From the sequence record ON075799: 64,000 nt of DNA; one strand, written 5' to 3'. The notes beneath the pieces were generated by a model that saw only the letters and a program-made list of their open reading frames with translations, made no database searches and was not told the DNA's origin. A program made the translations under genes and the position numbers. Shown here in pieces: positions 8,293-16,861 of this stretch. This DNA comes from Escherichia phage vB_EcoM_TH18. Numbering within the stretch: the first letter of the stretch is position 1; every line of letters starts with the position of its first letter.

Positions 8293-9102
8293 TTAAAAAT
8301 TTTCTGTCCAGTCGTAGTACGCATAGATTTCGTCAACGCCACCGTTGAGAATAAATTCTTTCCCACGAGAGAAAATCCCATGCGTGACATACAAGATAAC
8401 ACGTTTAGCACCAGCAGCTTTCAAGGCTTGAGCTAAGTTTGTAAACGTAAACCCACCATCGCAGATATCATCAACAATCAGGCACATCTTCCCATCGACA
8501 TCACCAAACACTGTTGTGCCTGTGATTGCCCCTGTTCCCACATCACGGATTTTACCAGCTTCAACCACAGATAGTTCCAAGGCATCAGCTACCTTCTGGG
8601 TCTTCTTGCGTGCACCTGCATCTGGAGCAACCAACACAAGCGATTCGTCCGTAAGCAGATCAAAATCAAACTTCATGTTCAAGAACAATTCAGTCTGAGA
8701 ACGAATTTTCACGTTATCAAGCAGTGCTGCGGATACGTCACTGTGTGGGTCATCGACGATGACTTTGTGGAAACCCAGCGAGTTAATCATTGTGGCAAAG
8801 ACTTTCACCGACAGAGCTTCACCAGGGTTCATAACTCGGTCTTGTCGAGCATACGGGATGTACGGCAGGTGTAAAACCTTTTCCACACCAACATCCAAAT
8901 TGCCAAGACGATTGACTGCATCAACAAGCAACGCAAGACACATCACATCTTGGGAGTGCTTAATGCGAGCGAAGATATCCACAAAACCAATCGAACCCTT
9001 AGGGATATAGTGCATATCGATCTTCACCTGCTCCTCACCACCACTGAAGGTAAAATGGTCAACTGGAACATGCAACTTGTTCAAACTCAAACGAATATTC
9101 AT
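8293..9102 (-). CDS. prs: ribose-phosphate pyrophosphokinase-like (PRPP synthetase)
   Basis: 269 aa; PRPP-binding loop VDDICDGGFTF (type I phosphoribosyltransferase fold); next to NAMPT. Confidence 0.75.
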   Translation of the reverse strand: MNIRLSLNKLHVPVDHFTFSGGEEQVKIDMHYIPKGSIGFVDIFARIKHSQDVMCLALLVDAVNRLGNLDVGVEKVLHLPYIPYARQDRVMNPGEALSVKVFATMINSLGFHKVIVDDPHSDVSAALLDNVKIRSQTELFLNMKFDFDLLTDESLVLVAPDAGARKKTQKVADALELSVVEAGKIRDVGTGAITGTTVFGDVDGKMCLIVDDICDGGFTFTNLAQALKAAGAKRVILYVTHGIFSRGKEFILNGGVDEIYAYYDWTENF

Positions 9103-9500
9103 GATTTATCTCCTCTAGCACGATTGACGATAATATAATTTCTTGGTTTCACGTTACCATCAGAATCCTGAAATCCTGATCTGACACGCCTGACATAACC
9201 AAAGCTCTCCATCCGAGACAGAAATTCAGACACTTTGGTTCGTGAGTTTTCGTTCCACCCCAACAGACCACACAAGGATTGCTGTGACGGAAAGAATACC
9301 AGTTCCCCACCCAAGGGGTTCCGACTCTTGAAATACTCGTATCTCCACAACAAGCGTATCAGTCTTTGCAGATCGCTTGGTGATAACCGTTCATCAAAAA
9401 CCCACTCTGTCGGCACAGCGATGTACGACCCAGCTTTCGGATTTACATGGAAACCCCCAACATTCGATTTCAAGGCAAACTCCGGTGTGTAATTCAACAC
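9099..9500 (-). CDS. hypothetical protein (133 aa), first gene of the leftward operon
   Basis: ORF whose stop overlaps the prs start by 4 bp; sits immediately left of the AT-rich control region. Confidence 0.5.
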   Translation of the reverse strand: MLNYTPEFALKSNVGGFHVNPKAGSYIAVPTEWVFDERLSPSDLQRLIRLLWRYEYFKSRNPLGGELVFFPSQQSLCGLLGWNENSRTKVSEFLSRMESFGYVRRVRSGFQDSDGNVKPRNYIIVNRARGDKS

Positions 9501-9540
9501 CGAGAATGCTACTCATAACACCACACAATGTCAACCCCTC

Positions 9541-9859
9541 CCATATGTCCCCATTTCAGGGACATTATGATCTAATATAATATATATTATATAATATAAT
9601 TTAATATAATACTACGTATTATATATATTATAATATATATATATAATTTATATAAAATACACTAAGTCTTGAAGAATGTCAAGACTTGATTTTAAATATT
9701 TTTGTTGATATGATTCGATTGAGTCGAATCGTATGGTTCGATGATTTCGAATCATAGAGTTCATGTTGTTTTGCCTGAAATCGTGAGTCGATGAGACTCT
9801 TCAGGCAATACGTGAGTGTGTAAGATGCTCACTGCGCTGATAGCTTGTGATCATCTAAC
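9541..9859. promoter_or_regulatory. divergent intergenic control region: about 80-bp near-pure A/T tract (9585-9660) plus short palindromes and TCGA-containing repeats
   Basis: Composition and repeats read directly; lies between the leftward (tRNA/NAD) and rightward (small-gene) transcription units. Confidence 0.5.
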
Positions 9860-9978
9860 CCTCATGAGCCATTCTGAGATAAACCCACATCAACAAACCC
9901 CACAGGTTTGTCTCTGTGTGTTAATCTCAATCATGGATTCGGGTTGTCACAAGTCACTATGTGACTCTGTGTGGGGAT
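9860..9978. repeat. 119-bp inverted repeat, copy A (identical to the reverse complement of 63882-64000)
   Basis: Base-by-base comparison of the reverse complement of the window end with 9860-9978: 119/119 identical. Confidence 0.9.
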
Positions 9979-10094
9979 TTCGAATGTGTACCGGAGCATG
10001 GCGCACAGGACTGGTTCATCTGTCCGTCTCAACTGGGGCGCGGCGGGGGTTAAGGTTTAGTTTTACGTTTTGTGTGGGTGTGGAGGAGAGTTTT

Positions 10095-10373
10095 ATGGCC
10101 TACGATGAAAATTCTATCCGGGTGCTGTCACCTGATGATATCAAACAACGATTTGACTGGGTACGCATCGGGGATTTGGTTCACGAATATAACTTACCTG
10201 TGGATTGGGTCAGACGTGGCTTTGAAGCGTGCTGGAGGTTAAACATCGAGCCTGATTATTTTATCAACAAGTACATCCTCAAGCAGGATGTTGAACCTGT
10301 ACCTGATTTCGAGGTTGTTTTTAAAGAGATTGTTATGGAGTCTCGATTCAAGGATCAGGTATGCTCCAGGTAG
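10095..10373 (+). CDS. hypothetical protein (92 aa)
   Basis: ATG at 10095 preceded by GGAGGAGAG; the upstream part of ORF 9816-10373 is the repeated non-coding sequence. Confidence 0.45.
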   Translation: MAYDENSIRVLSPDDIKQRFDWVRIGDLVHEYNLPVDWVRRGFEACWRLNIEPDYFINKYILKQDVEPVPDFEVVFKEIVMESRFKDQVCSR

Positions 10374-10491
10374 TCTCAAAAACGCACCTGTGAATCAGAT
10401 TTGCAAATGTAGTCCACAGATAGGTAAAAACATCAACGCAAATCGATTCTCCGCTGGATCTACAGAGTAAATTTTCAATTTTCGGAGAAAA

Positions 10492-10866
10492 ATGATGAAA
10501 CGTACCATGACAGACAAAGAGCGCGAAATTGCCCTCCAGTTAGCAAGAGAAAAAAGAGAGCAACAAAAGCGAGAATGGGCTGCGCTGGCAGAAGCGGGAA
10601 AAATACGCCAACATTTCGCTGACGCTAATCACTGGGCAAGGCTCCGTAGTCAATACGGGATTACATCTCCGTACAAATTAGCTCCGGCAGAAAGTGATCA
10701 TGGCATGAAAATTCTTAGACGAACGATCAGACTGACCGGAGGATTCGAGTGGTTCAATGAGTCTTTCGGTATGGACATCAAGCAGTTTGTCAGAATGAAC
10801 CCTACGTGGTCTGCATACGCTATTCAGGGGGTAATCCTTGAAGAGTGGGATGATTATCAGAATTGA
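10492..10866 (+). CDS. hypothetical protein (124 aa)
   Basis: ORF with GGAGA ribosome-binding site; followed by hairpin and T-run. Confidence 0.5.
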   Translation: MMKRTMTDKEREIALQLAREKREQQKREWAALAEAGKIRQHFADANHWARLRSQYGITSPYKLAPAESDHGMKILRRTIRLTGGFEWFNESFGMDIKQFVRMNPTWSAYAIQGVILEEWDDYQN

Positions 10867-10908
10867 TTTTTGTTGTGTTTCTGGTAATCAACTGGTATGT
10901 TTATTACA

Positions 10909-10944
10909 GGGAGTGATAACCACTCCCGTGTTACTTGTTTTATA
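10909..10944 (+). terminator. hairpin gggagtg-ataac-cactccc followed by T-rich tract
   Basis: Stem-loop and downstream T-rich sequence read from the sequence. Confidence 0.45.
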
Positions 10945-10959
10945 CAGGAGTATTAATAT

Positions 10960-11583
10960 ATGTCTTGGCCTTTTTTGATTTATCTTATTGATGTTCTTAG
11001 CACAGACGGGAAGTATGAAGGTTGGGGATTCTTGTTGTTTCTGTGTGTTATTGTATACATGCTGATGCGTATTCTTCCAAAGATCCTCGAAGAACCTAAG
11101 CTGGATATCTATCCAGGACAAAACCTTGTTTTAGCACAAGACTGGTCACGATTTAAAGCCGGAGATGTTCTTGTTGTGAAGGATACTGCGGGTGGTGATG
11201 TTCTTCTTCGCCACGGGGAGGAATCACTTGGTTCTTGGGTGAGTAAGAGCATTTTACGAAAAGTGTGTAAACTTGATGAAAAACAAGGATATATCCCACA
11301 GCAAGATGCGATGGAAACACCGCGAAAGTTAACTGTGATTGCTATGGTTGTCTGTGTGATGGGTATTCTATACGCCAACTTCATGCCGCAGAAAGAGACT
11401 TCTTACAAGATGCTTGCTGCGTATGTTGGTCAAAACATTGTAGAATCTCCAAGGACTCAACAACTTGCGGATAGCACAATCAAGTATCTGGATGCCCAAA
11501 TCAAGAAGTACACTCAAGAATTAGGTGATACTTCAGGAGTGGCGAGTAAGGATTCTAAGCCTGGTGAGAAGGTGAAAGAGTGA
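10960..11583 (+). CDS. membrane protein (207 aa, two hydrophobic segments)
   Basis: AGGAG ribosome-binding site; hydrophobic stretches at the N-terminus and mid-protein. Confidence 0.55.
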   Translation: MSWPFLIYLIDVLSTDGKYEGWGFLLFLCVIVYMLMRILPKILEEPKLDIYPGQNLVLAQDWSRFKAGDVLVVKDTAGGDVLLRHGEESLGSWVSKSILRKVCKLDEKQGYIPQQDAMETPRKLTVIAMVVCVMGILYANFMPQKETSYKMLAAYVGQNIVESPRTQQLADSTIKYLDAQIKKYTQELGDTSGVASKDSKPGEKVKE

Positions 11584-11945
11584 TGGGAAAGTCATTTGAA
11601 ACAAAACGAATAGCGTTGGACTTTGATGATACTTTCACGCTAGAGCCTGAGAGATGGTCACAATTTGTTGCTCTATTTGCAGCAAAGGATTCAGGTTGGT
11701 GTGTTAAATTTGTTACTTATCGCTTCGATTCAGATGATAACTCTGATATCCAGTTTTGGGCTGAAAAACTAGGTATCGGAATAATTTATTGCAATGGTGT
11801 CCAGAAAGCACAAGTTTGTGCGGAACTTGGCTGGATCCCAGATGTGTGGATAGACGATTTTCCTGTTCTCATCCCTGTGAAACAACAACTACAGGGTATG
11901 CTTTTAGGGATAGAAAATAACGAAGAAAAACATAATGTTAAGTAG
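11580..11945 (+). CDS. HAD-superfamily hydrolase-like small protein (121 aa)
   Basis: DxDxT motif (ALDFDDTFT) and late WIDD motif; 4-bp overlap with the upstream gene. Confidence 0.45.
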   Translation: MMGKSFETKRIALDFDDTFTLEPERWSQFVALFAAKDSGWCVKFVTYRFDSDDNSDIQFWAEKLGIGIIYCNGVQKAQVCAELGWIPDVWIDDFPVLIPVKQQLQGMLLGIENNEEKHNVK

Positions 11946-12130
11946 TTTAAGGGGGAGTGTTGAGAAGCATTGCGTATTACAAATTCAAATGTTGGGAGAA
12001 ACTCTATGATTTGAGCTACCTTATTTTTGGGAATCTCCCTGTCACTGAAGACATTAAACACAAAATGTATCTTTCATACATGAAATACCGTCTCCACGAA
12101 AGAAAGAGTGGTTGATGAGAATGTTATAAT

Positions 12131-12160
12131 GCCCTGTAGAGAGTGTCTACAGGGCTTTAA
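12131..12160 (+). terminator. hairpin gccctgtag-agagtgt-ctacagggc
   Basis: 9-bp perfect stem; only a weak T-run follows. Confidence 0.35.
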
Positions 12161-12182
12161 TGCTTAATCACAGGACTTACCA

Positions 12183-13013
12183 ATGACAAGTATTTTACAC
12201 ACGACAGGTATTTTACCACACTATCAGAAGGAATATTCTTTCCCTGATTTATCTGGGGATATGTTGCAAATATACGACAAAGTGCAAGGCGAAGTGTCGG
12301 AGCTACAATTTAGTTCAGACCCTGATGATGAGCAAGAGTTTGATAAACAGATTTGTCGTGTAGAAAACGAGCTTATAGAGCTACAATCATTAGCCAAATC
12401 AACAGATATCGAAGACTTAAGGCGACACGTTGAGAATCTTGAAAATTTAGTGTTCGGGCTTTCGCAAGCTATTATAAACATTGGTGAAATTGCTAAAATT
12501 GCCTCTGACAAGTTGCCAGACAACACAGAAGATATTGAAGAAGCGTTGCAGAATATCTGCTATGAAGGAAGTTCTGCTCTCGGTTGTGAATGTAATCTAG
12601 GAAATGCTCTTGAAGAGCGTGGGTGGAACCTGTTCCAAAAAACTTTTGTTTATCGTGTTATTGGTGGTGAGTTTCCTCGGCTCATACAACTTAATGCCCT
12701 TTTTGGAAACAGCCAGGGTGATAATATTGCATTAGGTATTGATGGCTGGTTCTGTTTAAGAGGTAAAGAATTAGCATTTTGTTGTGGCGATGATGTGTTA
12801 ATTCTCAATGCTTATAAACCAGGTGTTGAAATAACAACAAAATTAAATGGTAAGTCCACTAAATTTCACACCAGAGAGTTGGAAGATATTTTCATGGACA
12901 TATTTGATCCTACAGAAGACGAAATTCTTATGTATGAAATGACCAGTGGAAAAAGATATGATATTTTGTCGTGGAGAAATATTTTTGGCAAGAAGAGAAA
13001 GCCTGTAGCGTGA
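12183..13013 (+). CDS. hypothetical protein (276 aa)
   Basis: Long ORF, no recognisable motif. Confidence 0.55.
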   Translation: MTSILHTTGILPHYQKEYSFPDLSGDMLQIYDKVQGEVSELQFSSDPDDEQEFDKQICRVENELIELQSLAKSTDIEDLRRHVENLENLVFGLSQAIINIGEIAKIASDKLPDNTEDIEEALQNICYEGSSALGCECNLGNALEERGWNLFQKTFVYRVIGGEFPRLIQLNALFGNSQGDNIALGIDGWFCLRGKELAFCCGDDVLILNAYKPGVEITTKLNGKSTKFHTRELEDIFMDIFDPTEDEILMYEMTSGKRYDILSWRNIFGKKRKPVA

Positions 13014-13036
13014 TATTTTATCACTGATATTTGTTT

Positions 13037-13064
13037 TCCCTGTGATATTTTTGTCACAGGGAAA
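13037..13064. repeat. 10-bp-stem hairpin ttccctgtga / tcacagggaa
   Basis: Perfect inverted repeat immediately after the 12183-13013 gene. Confidence 0.5.
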
Positions 13065-13273
13065 GTTTCAATAGTGGATATTTTCTTGATACTTTAAATT
13101 CCTACCAGAAATTTAAATTCTGTAAATTTAGAAAACTATTACTTATAGGCGTTTCGACACAATTTTGTTATGAAAGCCTTGTTTTTATATAAAAACCTGT
13201 TTTAGCATGGGTGGTAGGATCACACTCCATACTACCTTTATTCCTACAGATGAGCATCTCCATGTTCGAAAAC

Positions 13274-13458
13274 TCGGTTCTCGATCGAAAATTCATTTTC
13301 CAGATCGTATTTGCTCCTTACGGAGAAAATTTTTTAGGGCTACAAGTTTCAGTTCTCGATCGGTTTTTCGATTTCAAAATCGTATTTGTTTTTTCTTGCG
13401 AAATTTTTCGCACGCTCAGTTCTCGATCGAGTTTTCAAAATCGAAATCGTATTTGCTC
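13274..13458. repeat. iteron-like direct repeats (three units of about 42 bp containing GTTCTCGATCG ... ATCGTATTTG)
   Basis: Three imperfect direct repeats at about 13274, 13350 and 13417, plus a tgcgaaa/tttcgca palindrome between the second and third. Confidence 0.6.
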
Positions 13459-13860
13459 TATAGTGCGAAAAAATTTTTATGGGTATCATAATTCTATCAC
13501 ACACTTAAACGCAAAGCAACATAAAAATTTTTGTTGAATGATAATCATTCTCATTTGCAGAATGACAGGTAGGATCAGTGTCTTATCCTCCCCCGTTGAC
13601 CATCGTCGCCGTAGTTTGAAGTTTATAGCCGTTCTCGGCTTATCTCTTTGTTAGAGATAGATTACCATAATTGATAAAGAAAGCAAGCGTTAATTGTAAT
13701 CTTTACGTTTCTTTACAAATTTATTTTAGACAAACTACCGGCGATCGACCTTCCAACCAGCGCCCTGGTATGTTAGCCCCGCCTTTACGCCGTGGGGATG
13801 GCGTTGCCTCTTCTGTATGTTAGGCATTATAAGCCCAATCCCTGGGCTTGTCAAACATTT

Positions 13861-14124
13861 TTATTTATTTTCTTGCCAGGTTAGGACACCTAACCAGAAA
13901 TGGCAATCACCTTTCGCCCATTGTGGTATATTGCTTTCTTTCCCACCTTCCCGCGCCCAGGAATAACCGCCCGTGTAACTTTGTAATTGATAACTATCCT
14001 CGACCTTATAATCTGACAGGTTGAGAACTGTTTCTACCTTTAAGCCTGTTGCGCTCGCTACCTGGTGGATAGTTCCCCCTTGCCAGCCTAACGCGTGCAT
14101 AAGGTGCATTGTGGTAGTGGTCAT
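13861..14124 (-). CDS. hypothetical protein (87 aa), possible helix-turn-helix regulator, divergently transcribed
   Basis: AGAGGA ribosome-binding site; own sigma70-like promoter; segment GTIHQVASATGLKVETV weakly resembles a helix-turn-helix. Confidence 0.35.
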   Translation of the reverse strand: MTTTTMHLMHALGWQGGTIHQVASATGLKVETVLNLSDYKVEDSYQLQSYTGGYSWAREGGKESNIPQWAKGDCHFWLGVLTWQENK

Positions 14125-14156
14125 TTTTTCTATTCCTCTGTTAGTTGGTTGTCAGA

Positions 14157-14185
14157 ATTGTATCTATAACCAACCAGGTTAGCAA
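14157..14185 (-). promoter_or_regulatory. sigma70-like promoter (TTGCTA-17-TACAAT) for gene 13861-14124
   Basis: -35 and -10 hexamers with 17-bp spacer on the minus strand. Confidence 0.5.
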
Positions 14186-14220
14186 GATAAATAAAAGAGA
14201 AAAATTTTTTAAAAATACTA

Positions 14221-14249
14221 TTGACAGCTAGATAGTATAGGTCTACTAT
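14221..14249 (+). promoter_or_regulatory. sigma70 promoter (TTGACA-17-TACTAT) with AT-rich upstream element
   Basis: Consensus -35, 17-bp spacer; the upstream A/T tract is nearly identical to the one at 19246-19263. Confidence 0.6.
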
Positions 14250-14303
14250 GTGCACATCAAGGCGATACACCGCCACCAACCAACCTAAAAGGGGTAAATC
14301 AAT

Positions 14304-14927
14304 ATGAAAACCATTGTTAACGCTGAGAATGTATCTTTCGATAAGTTGAACGACGCACAAAAAGAAAAAGCCATTGATCTTATTCGTGAGCGTGAAAGAG
14401 AAAGCGCCGATAATTTCTTTGCGGATAGTGTCATTGAAGACTATAAGAATGACATTTTACCAGAGTACGGGATCGATGACGCGGTTATCTATTGGTCAGG
14501 ATTCTGGTCGCAAGGCGACGGCGCATCTATCAGCACTGATCGCGTGGATATTGAAAAATTTTTAAGAAAAGTTAAATCTTTAACAAAATTTAGAGGTATC
14601 CGCAAACTATTTGATCTTGGTGAATATAGTCAGTTATACGCAAGCATTGAGCGGGATAATTACAGCCGCTACCATCATGAAAATACTGTTTCCGGTTACG
14701 TTGAAACTATGTATTGTGGTGATTTAACGGCAAAACAGGAAGATCTAGCCAATCAGCTTGAAAACTTGTTAACTGAAACGATCCGCGATCTGTCTTGTAA
14801 ACTTTACAGAGATTTAGAATCAGCCTATGATGACCAGTTTACAGATGAAGCCATCACCGAATCAATTGAAGCCAATGATTATCGTTTTGATATTGATGAA
14901 GATGGAGAAGTTTACGCTATCGCTTAA
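14304..14927 (+). CDS. hypothetical acidic protein (207 aa)
   Basis: Ribosome-binding site AAAGGGGTAAAT; strongly D/E-rich. Confidence 0.6.
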   Translation: MKTIVNAENVSFDKLNDAQKEKAIDLIRERERESADNFFADSVIEDYKNDILPEYGIDDAVIYWSGFWSQGDGASISTDRVDIEKFLRKVKSLTKFRGIRKLFDLGEYSQLYASIERDNYSRYHHENTVSGYVETMYCGDLTAKQEDLANQLENLLTETIRDLSCKLYRDLESAYDDQFTDEAITESIEANDYRFDIDEDGEVYAIA

Positions 14928-15014
14928 AAGTACTTGCATTCAGTTTTAAAATAGTATTATACTACTAAAACAGGACGGGGAACTGCTCCCCGTCACATTC
15001 AGGAGATCATCAAA

Positions 15015-15227
15015 ATGGCTAATATTCGCACCTTGTTAAAAAATGCAAAGCAAGTTTTATTTTCCGATCACGATTATTTCAATAAAGACATTACAGGCGT
15101 AAAGAATATCAAAGACGTAAAAAATGTCATGGGTATCTATTGCAATATGAAGCGAGTAGGCACATTTGGCAATAAAGTATTATATCAGGCAGGTGACTAT
15201 AATTTTACTTTGACAATTATTTCATAA
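15015..15227 (+). CDS. hypothetical protein (70 aa)
   Basis: AGGAG ribosome-binding site; preceded by hairpin gacgggga-actgc-tccccgtc. Confidence 0.5.
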   Translation: MANIRTLLKNAKQVLFSDHDYFNKDITGVKNIKDVKNVMGIYCNMKRVGTFGNKVLYQAGDYNFTLTIIS

Positions 15228-15292
15228 AACCACTTGCAAAGTTATATAGCTCTGTTATACTACCAACATTGACAAACGAGAGGTAAATAAAA

Positions 15293-15649
15293 ATGGCAAT
15301 CCAGGCAATCATGTTAGAACTTACAGATTTCCGTAATACTGTAAAAAATTTATCTAAGAAACAGGTTGACAATATCATCAACGGATACCGTAGCAAGATT
15401 AAAGATCTTCCGCTTAAACGCGATCAACATGCGGCTAATATGATGTTTAATGCTATGATTAAAAAGATGATCCAATGTGATCTTTCTCTGGCTTATGAAT
15501 ACGCTGGCGATCTCTTTGCAACGTATAACAAGCCCGTGCTAGGTATGAGCACCACGGAAGAATTACACGCCTTAAATCTGCGGCAAGATGCTTGGGATAA
15601 TATGCACCGCGTTATGGTGTGGGTAGAAAGCGGTAAAATTTATCAATAA
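15293..15649 (+). CDS. hypothetical protein (118 aa)
   Basis: Promoter TTGCAA-16-TATACT at 15235-15262 and ribosome-binding site GAGAGGTAAAT. Confidence 0.55.
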   Translation: MAIQAIMLELTDFRNTVKNLSKKQVDNIINGYRSKIKDLPLKRDQHAANMMFNAMIKKMIQCDLSLAYEYAGDLFATYNKPVLGMSTTEELHALNLRQDAWDNMHRVMVWVESGKIYQ

Positions 15650-15703
15650 AAGTAGTTGACTTTTAGTTATGCCGTGATAGAATACACGGCATAGATAAGA
15701 GAA
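15650..15703 (+). promoter_or_regulatory. 54-bp repeated promoter/operator element, copy 1 (TTGACT ... TAGAAT with the -10 inside an 8-bp-stem palindrome)
   Basis: Direct repeat of 19883-19936 with one mismatch. Confidence 0.6.
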
Positions 15704-15725
15704 ACTACTTATCAGAGTTTAAAAG

Positions 15726-15944
15726 ATGAAAAATATTACGGGTAAAACCGAACTATTAAAGGCGCTTTCTGTTGGTGAGTCAGCTTTATGGGTATGTGAA
15801 AAAGATCGCCTACCATCGCGAGAGATGGCCTTATTTAAGGCTTTATCTCTGAAGCTGAAAATTAAATTATCCCAAAAATTAGCGGTTGTTGCCGCACCGA
15901 GGGAAACCGCTTTCAGTGTTGTAATGGTTAAACGGTTGGAGTAG
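15726..15944 (+). CDS. hypothetical protein (72 aa)
   Basis: Small ORF immediately downstream of repeated promoter copy 1. Confidence 0.5.
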   Translation: MKNITGKTELLKALSVGESALWVCEKDRLPSREMALFKALSLKLKIKLSQKLAVVAAPRETAFSVVMVKRLE

Positions 15945-16030
15945 AAAAAAATTAAAAATTATCTTGACAAGCAAAACAGCAAAAATTAAACTTACACACA
16001 GTTAAACAAACAATATTGACGAGGTAAATC

Positions 16031-16402
16031 ATGAAACAGTTAACCGCTTCCCAAAAAACAATGATCCGTGAGTATGTTTTAAATTCTCTTTCTTTTGATC
16101 TTGAATCTGATCTCAAACAAGATCAGATTCAAGAATTAAAAAACCGCTTTGAATCTGAATACTGGTACGATAGCAACAAGAAACGCTATCAAAATGATAA
16201 AGTACAAGGCCTTAAAAACTGGCTACAAGGCTTGCCAAGCGGTGTTGATATTGATTTCACTTATTACGATATTGAGCAACGCCTTAAGGATTTTGGAATC
16301 ATCACCGACACGACCAGAGAAAGCACCATTGAAAAATATGTTTCTGAGTGGTGGGATCTAGTAGCGCCGTTTTATGTGGGTCTGATCGTAAACTTAAAAT
16401 AA
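16031..16402 (+). CDS. hypothetical protein (123 aa)
   Basis: Promoter TTGACA-17-TAAACT at 15964-15992; ribosome-binding site GAGGTAAAT. Confidence 0.55.
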   Translation: MKQLTASQKTMIREYVLNSLSFDLESDLKQDQIQELKNRFESEYWYDSNKKRYQNDKVQGLKNWLQGLPSGVDIDFTYYDIEQRLKDFGIITDTTRESTIEKYVSEWWDLVAPFYVGLIVNLK

Positions 16403-16479
16403 TTCTTGAAAACTGTTTTAAATTGGCTTAAATTAAAGGGGTGAATTTAATCACCCCCAACATGAAAGAGGTTAATCAA

Positions 16480-16791
16480 ATGAATACTTATTTTTCTACT
16501 CGTTCACTTGCACGCATTGCAGCGAAAGAAACAGGCGGTAAAGTTTTAGACAATGGCAAAGATTCACCGATCGGTAAACGTTGGCAGGTTATCCCCGGTT
16601 ATGTTGTCGAAGCCTCCCAGGATACAGCAAAACAACGCGCGGAGATGGAAAATAAACCAGTAGTTACCTTATCCATCGGCAAGCGTAGCAATGTAGCGAA
16701 TAAAGCCCGTAAGGCGCTTTATTACGCCATCAATTACGCAAGAAATAATAAAACTGTACCAGTTTATCATAAGCGTTCATTTAAGAAATAA
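16480..16791 (+). CDS. hypothetical basic protein (103 aa)
   Basis: Ribosome-binding site AAAGAGGTTAAT before the ATG at 16480. Confidence 0.55.
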   Translation: MNTYFSTRSLARIAAKETGGKVLDNGKDSPIGKRWQVIPGYVVEASQDTAKQRAEMENKPVVTLSIGKRSNVANKARKALYYAINYARNNKTVPVYHKRSFKK

Positions 16792-16861
16792 TTTTTAATT
16801 AGATAAAAAAGCGCCCTAGGAAATGGGCGCTAAACAAAAACACTTAAAGAGGTAAATTATT

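Noticed and set aside
9816-10094. N-terminal extension of ORF 9816-10373, and ORF 63784-63996, both encoding MSHSEINPHQQTPQVCLCV...
   Set aside because: The shared peptide is just the translation of the 119-bp inverted repeat; both start without a ribosome-binding site (one at GTG) and diverge immediately outside the repeat, so the repeat is treated as non-coding DNA.
13270-13460. Possible CRISPR array at the three direct repeats
   Set aside because: Only three imperfect units with irregular spacing, no cas genes, and repeat units unlike CRISPR repeats; called iteron-like instead.
14130-14360. Minus-strand ORF 14130-14360 (76 aa)
   Set aside because: Spans the divergent promoter pair and the start of the strongly supported plus-strand gene at 14304; no ribosome-binding site.
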